Shown in pieces: positions 9,582-19,172 of a DNA stretch of 64,000 nt. The stretch is from a virus (taxonomy: Duplodnaviria; Caudoviricetes): the IMG/VR virus record IMGVR_UViG_3300024259_001623; one strand, written 5' to 3'. The position numbers and the translations under genes were made by a program. Below the pieces are notes generated by a model. That model was not told where the DNA came from and made no database searches. It saw only the letters and a program-made list of their open reading frames with translations. How positions within the stretch are numbered: position 1 is the stretch's first letter; each line of letters begins with the position of its first letter.

Positions 9582-10037
9582 TTATTCTACTTTTTTACAG
9601 GGAGACTTTTTCTGCATTTTTTTCAGTGCTGCAACTTTTTCTTGTGCATATTTTACTCCGTCTTCAGCATACTCTAATTCTTTATCGAGAATAGCTTTAG
9701 GCAACTTGTAAACCCGTCGCCACACTACTTTTCGCCATTTGTCAGAGAAATTACTTAGTCTGCCAGTGTCATTTAGAAATTCGCCAGCCTCAGTAAATTT
9801 ATAATCTTCAGGGACTTCAATGTATGTCCACCTTTTGTCTACGCTATGCGACCAATGTTGTTTATACTTAATCCATCTCATTTTATTTTCCTTCTGGCAA
9901 AAACATTGCGCCCTACCATGAATATTGCTACAATGTTGGTGGTCCTTAATGCCTGTCATTTTGCTAATGCAATACGGGCATTTAGCATCACATGCAGCAG
10001 AACCAACAACAACGCTCATTGTCCTAATTTCTCTCAT
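9582..10037 (-). CDS. protein with a truncated radical-SAM-like N-terminus
   Basis: GSAACDAKCPYCIS (CxxxCxxC) but too short for a TIM barrel. Confidence 0.45.
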   Translation of the reverse strand: MREIRTMSVVVGSAACDAKCPYCISKMTGIKDHQHCSNIHGRAQCFCQKENKMRWIKYKQHWSHSVDKRWTYIEVPEDYKFTEAGEFLNDTGRLSNFSDKWRKVVWRRVYKLPKAILDKELEYAEDGVKYAQEKVAALKKMQKKSPCKKVE

Positions 10038-10447
10038 ATCTTATCTGCCTTTTCGCAATTACAGATTGTACACATTGTTTGAAAATTTCTCAGGGAGTCT
10101 TTGCCGCCTCTTGATTTAGGAATAATATGATCCTTTGTCATAAGAATCAATTGCTGTTGATCGTCTACCGCATACAGATTGAAATGCGGAATATTTGTAT
10201 TCGGGGGCAATTCCAAAATCATTTTGGTGCCAACAATACCGCATGTAACACAAGCTAAACTCTTTTTGAAACATGAATAGCGGGCTGAAGCCATTTTAAC
10301 TTTGAAAGCTTCCCCTCTTATAACAAATTCTCTAGGAGCAGCACCAGAAGAAGTCAAGGGAAGAACTTCTTCTGGCTTAAAATCAGCTAATCTTTTGTAA
10401 CTTTTTTGGCGACCCTTTTGCCGATTGATATTTTTCTTCTTAGGCAT
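10034..10447 (-). CDS. HNH endonuclease
   Basis: CVTCG ... TKDHIIPKSRGGKDSLRNFQTMCTICN. Confidence 0.9.
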   Translation of the reverse strand: MPKKKNINRQKGRQKSYKRLADFKPEEVLPLTSSGAAPREFVIRGEAFKVKMASARYSCFKKSLACVTCGIVGTKMILELPPNTNIPHFNLYAVDDQQQLILMTKDHIIPKSRGGKDSLRNFQTMCTICNCEKADKI

Positions 10448-10496
10448 ACTATGTCTTTCTTAACTAATGGTGGTTGCAACTATCGGTGCGACGATA

Positions 10497-10862
10497 TTAC
10501 GAATAGTTTACCGCATGTTCGTTAAGATGATCGATGTATGCTTTCGTGGCTCGGACAAAAACGTCCTTCCTCATATCGAAAACATAATGGAACCGAGATT
10601 GATTTTTGCTTTTGTCAATACTTCCGCCCTTCCAAGACATAATGACGGGCTTCATAACGACAAAAGGAAACTGATCGACATTGGCAACTTCCATAACGCT
10701 GCCAGTACGAGAACTATCAACGTCCCTCGTGAGAACAAGGTTCTCACCGACCTTGAAAGTCTTTACCTTACGGTTCGGAACGCGGAGATTCCCCTTACGA
10801 TCCAAATGCGGACGCCTGTGATTAAAAACATGATTCATTTTCTTACCCTTTTTTGGTATCAA
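10497..10862 (-). CDS. hypothetical protein
   Basis: Tiles with neighbouring minus-strand ORFs. Confidence 0.55.
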   Translation of the reverse strand: MIPKKGKKMNHVFNHRRPHLDRKGNLRVPNRKVKTFKVGENLVLTRDVDSSRTGSVMEVANVDQFPFVVMKPVIMSWKGGSIDKSKNQSRFHYVFDMRKDVFVRATKAYIDHLNEHAVNYS

Positions 10863-11136
10863 CAGCGACCCATTCGCCGTTTTCTTGTCTTTCTACCATC
10901 ACGCTTCCATCCTCAACCATAATCAAGGCAGAAGCAATATTACCATGAATAAAATACTCACTCAAGGTGCCTACTGGCCCCTTGCCATTGTAACGCATTT
11001 CGAAGACTTTACCAGCCATCGCTTCAGGGGTGTTACATTTCTGCTGAGGAGCATCTTTCAATGCCTTCGTAATCTTCTCAACCGAATTGTGTTTACTGTA
11101 AGACGTTACGACCAAAGTAGGATATAAATCATTCAT
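10843..11136 (-). CDS. hypothetical protein
   Basis: ORF with RBS. Confidence 0.55.
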   Translation of the reverse strand: MNDLYPTLVVTSYSKHNSVEKITKALKDAPQQKCNTPEAMAGKVFEMRYNGKGPVGTLSEYFIHGNIASALIMVEDGSVMVERQENGEWVAVDTKKG

Positions 11137-11183
11137 GGCAAGTTCCTTTCATCTTCACTCAATTGTTGTAGATTTTACAGGGA

Positions 11184-11645
11184 CTATTCTTGAGTCTCGC
11201 CCTTATCCAAAAACTCTTGCATGATATCGCCGATGGATTCTTCTAGGTCCATTTCCGCTTCTTCTATACCTTGAAGAGTTCCATCCAACATGTTTTCATA
11301 TCTCTTTAGCATAGCCCATCTTACGATATCCATAAGTCTATCGCTGGCATAAACTTCAGCCTCATCAACATCAGGAGGCGTTTCTCTATCACCAGAATAG
11401 TAATGAAATTCCGTTATAACAAAACCATCAATTGTTATGTCACCAGAGAGGGTTCTCTTAGTTACTGCATTTTGAGCATAATAGATACCCAAAAGCCCAT
11501 CAAACATAACAAGAGGATCGGAATTAGGATCGGTTTGTAGCTCGATGGTCGGGGAGTCATGCATCACAAAACTCGCCTTGTCAAGCATTTTTTTGAGTTC
11601 TTTGAGTTTTTCTAGTTGTTCTGTTTCAAACATTTCTATCTCCAT
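11184..11645 (-). CDS. hypothetical acidic protein
   Basis: 153-aa ORF. Confidence 0.65.
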   Translation of the reverse strand: MEIEMFETEQLEKLKELKKMLDKASFVMHDSPTIELQTDPNSDPLVMFDGLLGIYYAQNAVTKRTLSGDITIDGFVITEFHYYSGDRETPPDVDEAEVYASDRLMDIVRWAMLKRYENMLDGTLQGIEEAEMDLEESIGDIMQEFLDKGETQE

Positions 11646-11706
11646 AAAGGATTCTTGCGAGGGTAATATCTACCTCTCGCAAAAAATCCTTTATTTTCAG
11701 GGAGAA

Positions 11707-12039
11707 CTAGATAAACGCAACTGCAAGAGCCATCAGACCGATACCGATAAAACCAATAATCCAACGACCGATAGCAGTTCCCCAAAGATAAGTAGTCACT
11801 TCATCAATTTCCATGCCTTTTGTATCTTGCTTATAAGACTGGGCTTTGAAGATACCCATAAACATAGCAATTGCTGCGCCAACAGCAATCCCCATCTCAG
11901 GGGCTTCTACTCCAAACATGGAACCAACGACAGCAGGGACAACGACGTTCCATGCAATACTAACAATCAGTCCTTGCATGAACAGGTCCAGTGCAATCAA
12001 CACAAACCACGACATCACGAGAATAAAAGAAGCTACCAT
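11707..12039 (-). CDS. membrane protein
   Basis: Three hydrophobic helices. Confidence 0.65.
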   Translation of the reverse strand: MVASFILVMSWFVLIALDLFMQGLIVSIAWNVVVPAVVGSMFGVEAPEMGIAVGAAIAMFMGIFKAQSYKQDTKGMEIDEVTTYLWGTAIGRWIIGFIGIGLMALAVAFI

Positions 12040-12242
12040 TTTGAATTCCTTTCTAGTTAAATTTCTTTGGTAGACTCAGAAAGCCTAAACTGATTAGGCG
12101 ATCTTCTATTTTTGTATAATTAGCATTCGCAAGATCATCAAATGAATATAAACTCTCTCTACTAATAGAGATAAATGTTGAATGAGCTTTGGCAATATGC
12201 CTAATCATTCTATGCATAAAAATGCCTCGGATAGCATTAGCA

Positions 12243-12578
12243 TCATTCATCTCTGATTCTCCTAAACCTTTTTTTCTTTGTCTCAGGCCATCCGACTCTA
12301 TACGCACAAATTTTCCTTACATTTTCAGGGGAAATTTTAACCGACGTTCTTTTTTGCCCGATAAAATTAAAATCGAACAATGGGATATCAGTTACATCTA
12401 CTTCATACATAAAGTATTTCCCTCTAGGAGTATACTGGAAATACTGAGACAATATGTATCTTAAAGTCCCAAGATATATGTAGTCACTTTTAGGATAAAA
12501 AGAATTTAGAGTTTTTTGATTTATTTTTATTCCGTCAATATCTAACTTCGGTGATTTAGAAGCATGATACATTTTCAT
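12243..12578 (-). CDS. small protein, possible ADP-ribosyltransferase-like fold
   Basis: N-terminal MYHAS, YIYLG and YEVDV strands follow the order seen in H-type ARTs; weak evidence. Confidence 0.35.
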   Translation of the reverse strand: MKMYHASKSPKLDIDGIKINQKTLNSFYPKSDYIYLGTLRYILSQYFQYTPRGKYFMYEVDVTDIPLFDFNFIGQKRTSVKISPENVRKICAYRVGWPETKKKRFRRIRDE

Positions 12579-13153
12579 ATTGTTGCCACAGCAGTAGATT
12601 CCATAATAAATTCAACAACTTCTTTTGCCTCTTTCAAATGCATATCAGTCATCATTGCACGTAAAGCCTTTATGCATCGAATCTTATTCGTTCCAGAATT
12701 CAAAGCCACAGCAACCTTGTTATAAGCTTCTCTGGGAATGGGAATTGTTCCACATTCTTTTGTTTTTACATCTATGCTTTCTTCTGTGACAAGGATATTA
12801 GGATATTTCTTATAGACCCTTAATATCAATTCAAAAGCTTTATTTTTATTTTCTAGGCTGGCAGTGTTAGACATCAACACTTCTTTTGCCAAACCGATCA
12901 TTTCCAAATAATCTCTTAATACTTCTGGGTTGACACTGTTGTCCCCCGGCTCATCATCAATCTGAACATCAATAACTTTTATCTTTGCATCTTCCCCAAG
13001 TTCCTCTTGCCATGAAGCAGCATAAGATTCAAATACCTTTTGCAAAGCATCTTCTACTTGAACTTCGCTTGGAAACTTGAGAACAGCTTCAGATACATCC
13101 CTTGACAAAGGCTGAGTCACCTGAACTGTTACTGTATATTCGTCTTTATTCAT
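12575..13153 (-). CDS. protein with a C-terminal ribosomal bL12 (L7/L12) CTD-like domain
   Basis: KIRCIKALRAMMTDMHLKEAKEVVE resembles the bL12 KI.VIK.VR....GLKEAK..VE motif. Confidence 0.7.
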   Translation of the reverse strand: MNKDEYTVTVQVTQPLSRDVSEAVLKFPSEVQVEDALQKVFESYAASWQEELGEDAKIKVIDVQIDDEPGDNSVNPEVLRDYLEMIGLAKEVLMSNTASLENKNKAFELILRVYKKYPNILVTEESIDVKTKECGTIPIPREAYNKVAVALNSGTNKIRCIKALRAMMTDMHLKEAKEVVEFIMESTAVATI

Positions 13154-13157
13154 TTTG

Positions 13158-13373
13158 CTACCAACTGGCTTCTTTGTTGAAAGTCGCTACATAATCAATT
13201 GTATAAATAATTGCAAGTACGAGTAGGTTGATTGGGCCAAATGCTATACACATAGCCAAACATCCAATACGATGCCCTTCTGTCCATTTCAAATCATCCT
13301 TGGTGGCAACGTGTTTGTACAATGGATATGATACTAAAGCACAAATCAACCAGATTATAATAAACCATTTCAT
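13158..13373 (-). CDS. small 2-TM membrane protein (paralog family)
   Basis: IIWLICALVSY...FGP pattern; start moved to 13373 because the longer ORF overlaps tRNA-Pro. Confidence 0.6.
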   Translation of the reverse strand: MKWFIIIWLICALVSYPLYKHVATKDDLKWTEGHRIGCLAMCIAFGPINLLVLAIIYTIDYVATFNKEASW

Positions 13374-13407
13374 TTTATTTCCCTTTCTTTTTATTTCCCT
13401 TTCTAAG

Positions 13408-13481
13408 TCTGGGTGATAGGATTCGAACCTACGACTTTCTGCTCCCAAAGCAGACACGCTACCAAACTGCGCCACACCCAG
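13408..13481 (-). tRNA. tRNA-Pro(UGG)
   Basis: C1-G72 and A73; loop TT TGG GA. Confidence 0.95.
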
Positions 13482-13529
13482 ATACTATTATATATAAAAT
13501 ATTTTCCGCAGTCAGGGACTGTGATAATA

Positions 13530-14342
13530 TTATTTTTTACTAGTTCCAATTGCAGTGACAGGATTCCCAATTGCAGGCTTCCATTCAGAACCATCAGAAA
13601 ACTTAACTTTGTCTAAGGTTATAATGATTTTAGCAGTTGTTTCGTGGCCGTGAAGCGTCCAAGAAGACCGTTCACTTTCTCCAGTTTCAATTGTAGTTTG
13701 AGAAATACCAGAAACAATATTGATCTTTCCAAACATTCCTGTTACAGGTTTCTTAAAACGATCAAAACATGCAATAGATACTTCATAAGCAGCTACAGAC
13801 TTTAATGATACATTCTTCATTATTATATGAGCTTCGGGATTACCTATAACATTAAAAAGAACTCCCGCATGAGTAAAAACTAAAGGAGCGTGTACATCAG
13901 GTGAAAATATAATCAAAACTCGATGCGATTTCCATAAAAATTTATTACCATTTTTATATCTTTGTATGACCTGAAAGCTTTTAGTAGATGTTGTCGTTAA
14001 AAGTTCTTGCAATCTGCCATTCAATAATAATTCTGGGTATTTATTATTGGCTACTGGGCCGATACCCAAAATTTCATCACCTTTGTCTGGGGCGTTTGGT
14101 ATCGAAGAAGCCTTCAATTTGTTTGCTAAAACTGTATCAACAACTAAATACTTAGCTAAATTTTTATCATTTATTTCTTTTTGTAATTTTTCAATTTTGG
14201 CATCACGAGATGCTATAGCAGCCTGAAGCATCTTTATTTCAGCTTTATACTGAGTAATATTAGCATCTTCACCTAAAACAACAGATGAAAAAGAAAAAAC
14301 AATCAATATTGCCATATACAACGAAATTCTTTTTTTATACAT
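13530..14342 (-). CDS. secreted coiled-coil protein
   Basis: Signal peptide from MYKKR followed by a heptad-rich segment. Confidence 0.6.
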   Translation of the reverse strand: MYKKRISLYMAILIVFSFSSVVLGEDANITQYKAEIKMLQAAIASRDAKIEKLQKEINDKNLAKYLVVDTVLANKLKASSIPNAPDKGDEILGIGPVANNKYPELLLNGRLQELLTTTSTKSFQVIQRYKNGNKFLWKSHRVLIIFSPDVHAPLVFTHAGVLFNVIGNPEAHIIMKNVSLKSVAAYEVSIACFDRFKKPVTGMFGKINIVSGISQTTIETGESERSSWTLHGHETTAKIIITLDKVKFSDGSEWKPAIGNPVTAIGTSKK

Positions 14343-14679
14343 TTTCTTTCCTTTTTTTGTTCTGCCAAGCTGAACTACACCCAGAAAAATTGCTCGATCT
14401 CCCCGTCGGCCATACTGTTGCACTGTAACTATGGAGCCACGTTATTGCCAATAACGCTTTCGTATGTTTTTACCCTAGGGTCTGTCCTAGTTAATCGAAC
14501 TCAACTCACACTATACTTTACTATTGAATCAAAGGACACAATTCCTTTGCATCTTCATAACATTTGATCTTGGCTTCTGCCTTGCAACCAACAAGCTTCA
14601 TTGCTCCATCTTCATTGTCTTCGCAAATCTTATTCGTGCATTTCCAACAAATCGGCTCTTTCATGGCAGTTTCCTTTTA

Positions 14680-15342
14680 TTAGCCAACAACTAACGTGTT
14701 ACCATTGACAACGACCAGAACGTTCTGGTGACTCCCAAGATTAACCTTGCGGAGAATCCTATTGGAAATCCGAATAGCGTTGTCCTTATCCACAATATAT
14801 CTCATTGCAACAGGGGTCATTGACGGCGGTGCGGAAACAACCAACTTGCTAGTCCCGACATTGACAAAAGCCGTATCACCAGGCTTCAGTCCCATCGTCT
14901 TAACCAACGCAGACCTAATCAAAAGCCTACCTCGTTGATCTACTTTGCAGCCAGGCCCGCTCATAGGAGCAGCAGGTGCCGGTGCCGGCGTCGGTGCTAT
15001 AGCATTAGTGCTTGCCACAACAGGGGCCGTGGCAGGTGCAGACTGAAGATTATCAGGATCATAATCATTCGGATGCTTACTTTGCGGATAGTAAACATAC
15101 GTATTATAGTTAGCCAAGCAAGACAAAGCCCGACCATAACCATCAAACAGATAATCATCATCGGCGCCAACCGACCAATTATCATACATTCCATGAACAA
15201 CTTTCTTGACTTCGTAATGCTTGACCGTCAACCCATGAGTGTTACGCAGAACGGACGTAACATCAAAAGCCGAGAACATCTCATCAGCCTTGACAAAGCC
15301 CTCAATAACCTCAACAATCTTGTCTCTAGTCGTTTGATCCAT
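14680..15342 (-). CDS. protein with a C-terminal AbrB/SpoVT-like domain
   Basis: KVDQRGRLLIRSALVKTMGLKPGD swapped-hairpin motif after a Pro/Ala linker. Confidence 0.65.
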   Translation of the reverse strand: MDQTTRDKIVEVIEGFVKADEMFSAFDVTSVLRNTHGLTVKHYEVKKVVHGMYDNWSVGADDDYLFDGYGRALSCLANYNTYVYYPQSKHPNDYDPDNLQSAPATAPVVASTNAIAPTPAPAPAAPMSGPGCKVDQRGRLLIRSALVKTMGLKPGDTAFVNVGTSKLVVSAPPSMTPVAMRYIVDKDNAIRISNRILRKVNLGSHQNVLVVVNGNTLVVG

Positions 15343-15592
15343 TTTCCAATTCCTTTCTAATTCTATGAGCTATAGCCCATATGTGATTTTGATTCGGGTC
15401 CATTGCAGCCTTTTCCATCAACTCTTGTATTGCTTCATTGTCAATGGGATTTTTACGACGTTGAAAATAAAGATTCTCTCCATTAGTCAGTGCGTCAGAA
15501 CCATTATCGCAAATCTGTTCCCAAAAGCTTTCCCATTCTCTGTCATCTTGGCAATAATCCAAGAGAGCTTCAATATCTTTTGTCATTTTCAT
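15326..15592 (-). CDS. hypothetical protein
   Basis: Lies between PARP and the AbrB-like gene. Confidence 0.55.
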   Translation of the reverse strand: MKMTKDIEALLDYCQDDREWESFWEQICDNGSDALTNGENLYFQRRKNPIDNEAIQELMEKAAMDPNQNHIWAIAHRIRKELENGSND

Positions 15593-15629
15593 AATACTAC
15601 TCTCAAAAATGGCTCGATTTTCAGGGAGA

Positions 15630-16916
15630 TTACTTTTTGAACTCGATCAAGAAAACCGGATTGACTTGATTAGTCTTATAAACAATCATCTCATTGTTTT
15701 GTACGCCGCTTCTTCCAGCCTTCGCAAAAGTAGAATTGTAACCGCTCTTAGGGAAACTGCGCCCATAAGTAGCTGGGATATATTCTTTACCCATAGCAAC
15801 TTGACATAAGAACATAAAGCAGTTGCTATCTCTTGAGCCGCCCCAATATCCATAAGCATAATTCAAGCTTTTAGTGGATTGGTCAGAAAAATAAACGCCG
15901 TTTCCATACATTCGCCCCGTGCAATGAGAAGCATTAGACGGCGGAATTACAAAACCACCTTTAAGGATAGACAGCAAATTACTAGCCCTAGTTCCATGCC
16001 ATAAATCTCTTACATTGCCAATCTTCTTACCCTTTGCATTGAAGGCATCCAGCATGAAAGCGATTGATACAGAATAGACCCTATGGACCTTCAAAGAATG
16101 ACAAACATGCATTCTATTTCTAGTCTGTCCATACAGTTTCTTGATCCGATCAACAACTTTGCCTTCAGTTACAACATCCATAGCAACATTGAAAAGCTTC
16201 TTTTCGGCGACAACAACCTTCTTGCCTTTGTCATCTTTAGCCCCAGACATTGCAGAAGCATAGGACGATTCAAGACCATCCAAAACATCATTCTGCTTTT
16301 GGACAGCCGCAAGGTCAGGCAAGAACCCCTCAACAGTAAGCTTTCTGCCTACTTCTTGGGGAATAAGCATAAGGTAATCTTCTACATGACGCCTAGTAGA
16401 AGAAAGACCAAACTTTTGCTTTGCTACTGCATCGCCAAGAGAAGCCAAAATCTTTCTGGCTTCATCAATACTGTCTTTGGTAACAATGCCTAACGGTGTC
16501 TTAAAAAGACCGCTATCAACATCAAAAGTAATCTTACCACCAGTTGCATCATAGATATTATGAGCATTTACATCGGTAAGATACTCAATAAGCTTAACAA
16601 CAACTGGATTAGTAGACTGAATCTGTCGCTTGGCAATATCTTTGAGATTGCCTTTAGCAACAACTTTACTAGACGTAGATCCGCCACTATCCAAAGTAGC
16701 TACCGCACGATAGCCTTTATTCTCTTTTTCTCGGGCTTTCTTTTCAGCGTAACGCAGTCCAACACCAGAGAAGGTCTTACTTTGCATACCTTTACCGACT
16801 CTCCCCCATTCGCATAGAACATCGTCATTATCATATAAAGTATATTGCCAAACCTTATTAGAATTCACTTCAATAGAACTCAAAACAAACTTCTTAGTTT
16901 CTACCACGTTGGGCAT
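15630..16916 (-). CDS. WGR-domain poly(ADP-ribose) polymerase (PARP-like)
   Basis: EWGRVG (WGR domain), regulatory helical domain, catalytic HGT / GRMYGNGVYFS / NNEMIVY with an H-Y-E triad. Confidence 0.92.
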   Translation of the reverse strand: MPNVVETKKFVLSSIEVNSNKVWQYTLYDNDDVLCEWGRVGKGMQSKTFSGVGLRYAEKKAREKENKGYRAVATLDSGGSTSSKVVAKGNLKDIAKRQIQSTNPVVVKLIEYLTDVNAHNIYDATGGKITFDVDSGLFKTPLGIVTKDSIDEARKILASLGDAVAKQKFGLSSTRRHVEDYLMLIPQEVGRKLTVEGFLPDLAAVQKQNDVLDGLESSYASAMSGAKDDKGKKVVVAEKKLFNVAMDVVTEGKVVDRIKKLYGQTRNRMHVCHSLKVHRVYSVSIAFMLDAFNAKGKKIGNVRDLWHGTRASNLLSILKGGFVIPPSNASHCTGRMYGNGVYFSDQSTKSLNYAYGYWGGSRDSNCFMFLCQVAMGKEYIPATYGRSFPKSGYNSTFAKAGRSGVQNNEMIVYKTNQVNPVFLIEFKK

Positions 16917-17688
16917 TTGTAATTTCCTCTATAAAACAGAAAGTGTAATTTTTACATTTTCTTTTTCTTCTAATACTATTTGATATTGCTGAAGCAGTTA
17001 CCCCTAATCTCTCAGCCGCCTTGACTATACCATCAAAGACTTCACCAGTCTCTACACAAAATACACTTTTGAGCGACCAGACAGGGACTTTTCCAATTTT
17101 TGCTTGGCTCATTTTTCTTTTGTGTTCTTCTGACCATAATGAGGATGTTTCAGTCTTATCTTTTTTTATAGAAAACCATCGTCTCTTTGCTGCTTTAGAC
17201 AATTTTTGCTTATGTTCTTTTGTGAATTTTTTATTTTTCTTACCTAAAGAAATTTTATTGCGCCATTCTTTACTTCTGTTTTGTTGAGCTTGACGCATTT
17301 TTTCTTTAGTTTCTTCTGTTCTTTTTGTGCCTCTCAAAGATTTTGAAATCTTCTTTTTTGTCTCTTCAGACATATTTTTTCTGTCAGCGTTTAAAGCGTT
17401 AAATCCGAACTCTCTATCTAATGCTTTAAAATATTCTATCCAAAATTCTTCCCTCTTTAGTAAATCACTTTTGTCACATAGTTCTATTATACCAAAAATA
17501 AAACTTTTTTCTCCGTATTTGTTCCAAGAATTTTGTAAGTGCTGACTATGATGCTGATTGTTATTTAATCTGCAACGATGACCAGACCATCGTTTGCTGA
17601 TCCAAACAGCACTCCCGACATACATTTTGCCATTATCTGAACATTTTATCCCGTAAATACCAGTTTCTTTCATAATAAACCTCCACAT
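16894..17688 (-). mobile_element. GIY-YIG homing endonuclease with NUMOD3-type repeats
   Basis: TGIYGIKCSDNGKMYVGS; repeated MSEETKKKIS motifs; C-terminal HTH-like segment. Confidence 0.92.
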
Positions 17689-17707
17689 TTAAATTCGTGA
17701 AAGTTTA

Positions 17708-17788
17708 TCAAAATCCTCTGTTTACTTTATTGTTATTGTTGCCAATATTTGACATGACCCATTTTTTTGTTTCAACTACATTTGGCAT
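17708..17788 (-). pseudogene. truncated original 5' end of the PARP gene
   Basis: Encodes MPNVVETKKWVMSNIGNNNNKV-NRGF*, versus the PARP start MPNVVETKKFVLSSIEVNSNKV; has its own GGAGAG RBS. Confidence 0.85.
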
Positions 17789-18077
17789 TGTTATTCTCTC
17801 CTGCCTCTACCCTTTTCTGCTTTCTTTTTCAGGGGAAATTTCTTCTGCATAAATACCAGACCAATCAATATCTTCGTCAATTCCACTTTTTCTTTGTGAG
17901 ACATCTACGGCTGAACATATACCATATTGATTACTACCATAATCCATATAAGCCATTAACATTTCTACTGCTTGTACAGCACCATTACGAGGCAGGGTAA
18001 AAACCATTTCCGTTGCCTTAAAGGGATATCTAGACACCCTAAAAGGTCGTACTGTAACTCTAGTATACCTTGCCATC

Positions 18078-18554
18078 TTACTTATCCTTTTCATCTTCGA
18101 GGACTTCGATCTTCATAAGTTCCTTGTCGGTGCTGCCAAGCCAAACCGGGCAAACGCCTAACCATTTACGATATGTAATCCGAACCTTCTTACCAGCATA
18201 TCCAAACAATTCTTTGCCCAGATCATGCCGGTGAGTTGTTACTGTAAATTTGCTGTTGTTTTTCACTTCTCCGCAAAAAACATCAGCTTGATAGTCTTTC
18301 CACCAAATTCCCCCATATTCAACGCTTCCGACATAAACATCGGCATGACCTTCTTCGACTGGAATAAATCCAGTCGTAGCAGATAGAGTAATGCCAATCA
18401 AAAAAACAAAAATTGAGTATGTCATAACTACCAGCAACATCCCGCCAATCCATTCTCCAACATAATTAGAATATTTGCATTCCTTACAAAGAATCTTAAT
18501 GGCAATTGCCAAAAACACAACGCTCAACGCACAAAATAAAATAAATCCTAACAT
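18078..18554 (-). CDS. membrane protein
   Basis: Two N-terminal TM helices and a soluble C-terminal domain. Confidence 0.65.
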   Translation of the reverse strand: MLGFILFCALSVVFLAIAIKILCKECKYSNYVGEWIGGMLLVVMTYSIFVFLIGITLSATTGFIPVEEGHADVYVGSVEYGGIWWKDYQADVFCGEVKNNSKFTVTTHRHDLGKELFGYAGKKVRITYRKWLGVCPVWLGSTDKELMKIEVLEDEKDK

Positions 18555-19082
18555 TTTTCTTCTCCTTCTAACTACTCATAAAATTACGTAATTCTGCCGT
18601 AAACTGATTAAAACAATGACTACACAAGTCTTTACAGGTTGCCCCATCATGACCATTGATCTGTATATTATTTTTGTATTGAACTGTTCCAGCACCACGA
18701 TCAGAATTCGCAGTTTACAGAATCCCACATTTATCGCACTTTAATGCAGCAGCCATTTTTTACTCCTTAAATGTAGTTCATCTGCAAAAAGAAAAAGTGA
18801 TGCAGTAATCAGGGAGAAATTTTAGTTATTAATATTTTTCCCAGAACCTTTACATTTTGGACAAATTTCAAAACAATCATTATCAAAACACGTACTTCCA
18901 TACGGCGACCCGATACTTACTTGACAAAAACCTCTACATTCAGTACATGCATCATTAATGATATTTTTTTGCGAAAAAATTTGAACCAAACAGAACAAAA
19001 CCATAGTAATAAAAAACGACAATAAAACAGATACCACACAAATTGCAAGAATTGCTATAAACATAATTACCTCCTTATAAAG

Positions 19083-19109
19083 AAAAAAGCCTTCCCGAAA
19101 GAAGGCTTT
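19083..19109 (-). terminator. intrinsic terminator
   Basis: AAAGCCTTC-TTTCGG-GAAGGCTTT followed by a T-run on the minus strand. Confidence 0.8.
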
Positions 19110-19143
19110 ATCTTATTTTCCACCCAGTGTCTGCTGTTACTAT

Positions 19144-19172
19144 ATTATAGCATCGAAACACCGAAAAATCAA
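19144..19172 (-). promoter_or_regulatory. sigma70-like promoter
   Basis: TTGATT-N17-TATAAT. Confidence 0.6.

Noticed and set aside
16850-17730. Group I intron in the PARP gene
   Set aside because: The interval is almost entirely endonuclease ORF plus a duplicate PARP start, leaving no room for a ribozyme core.
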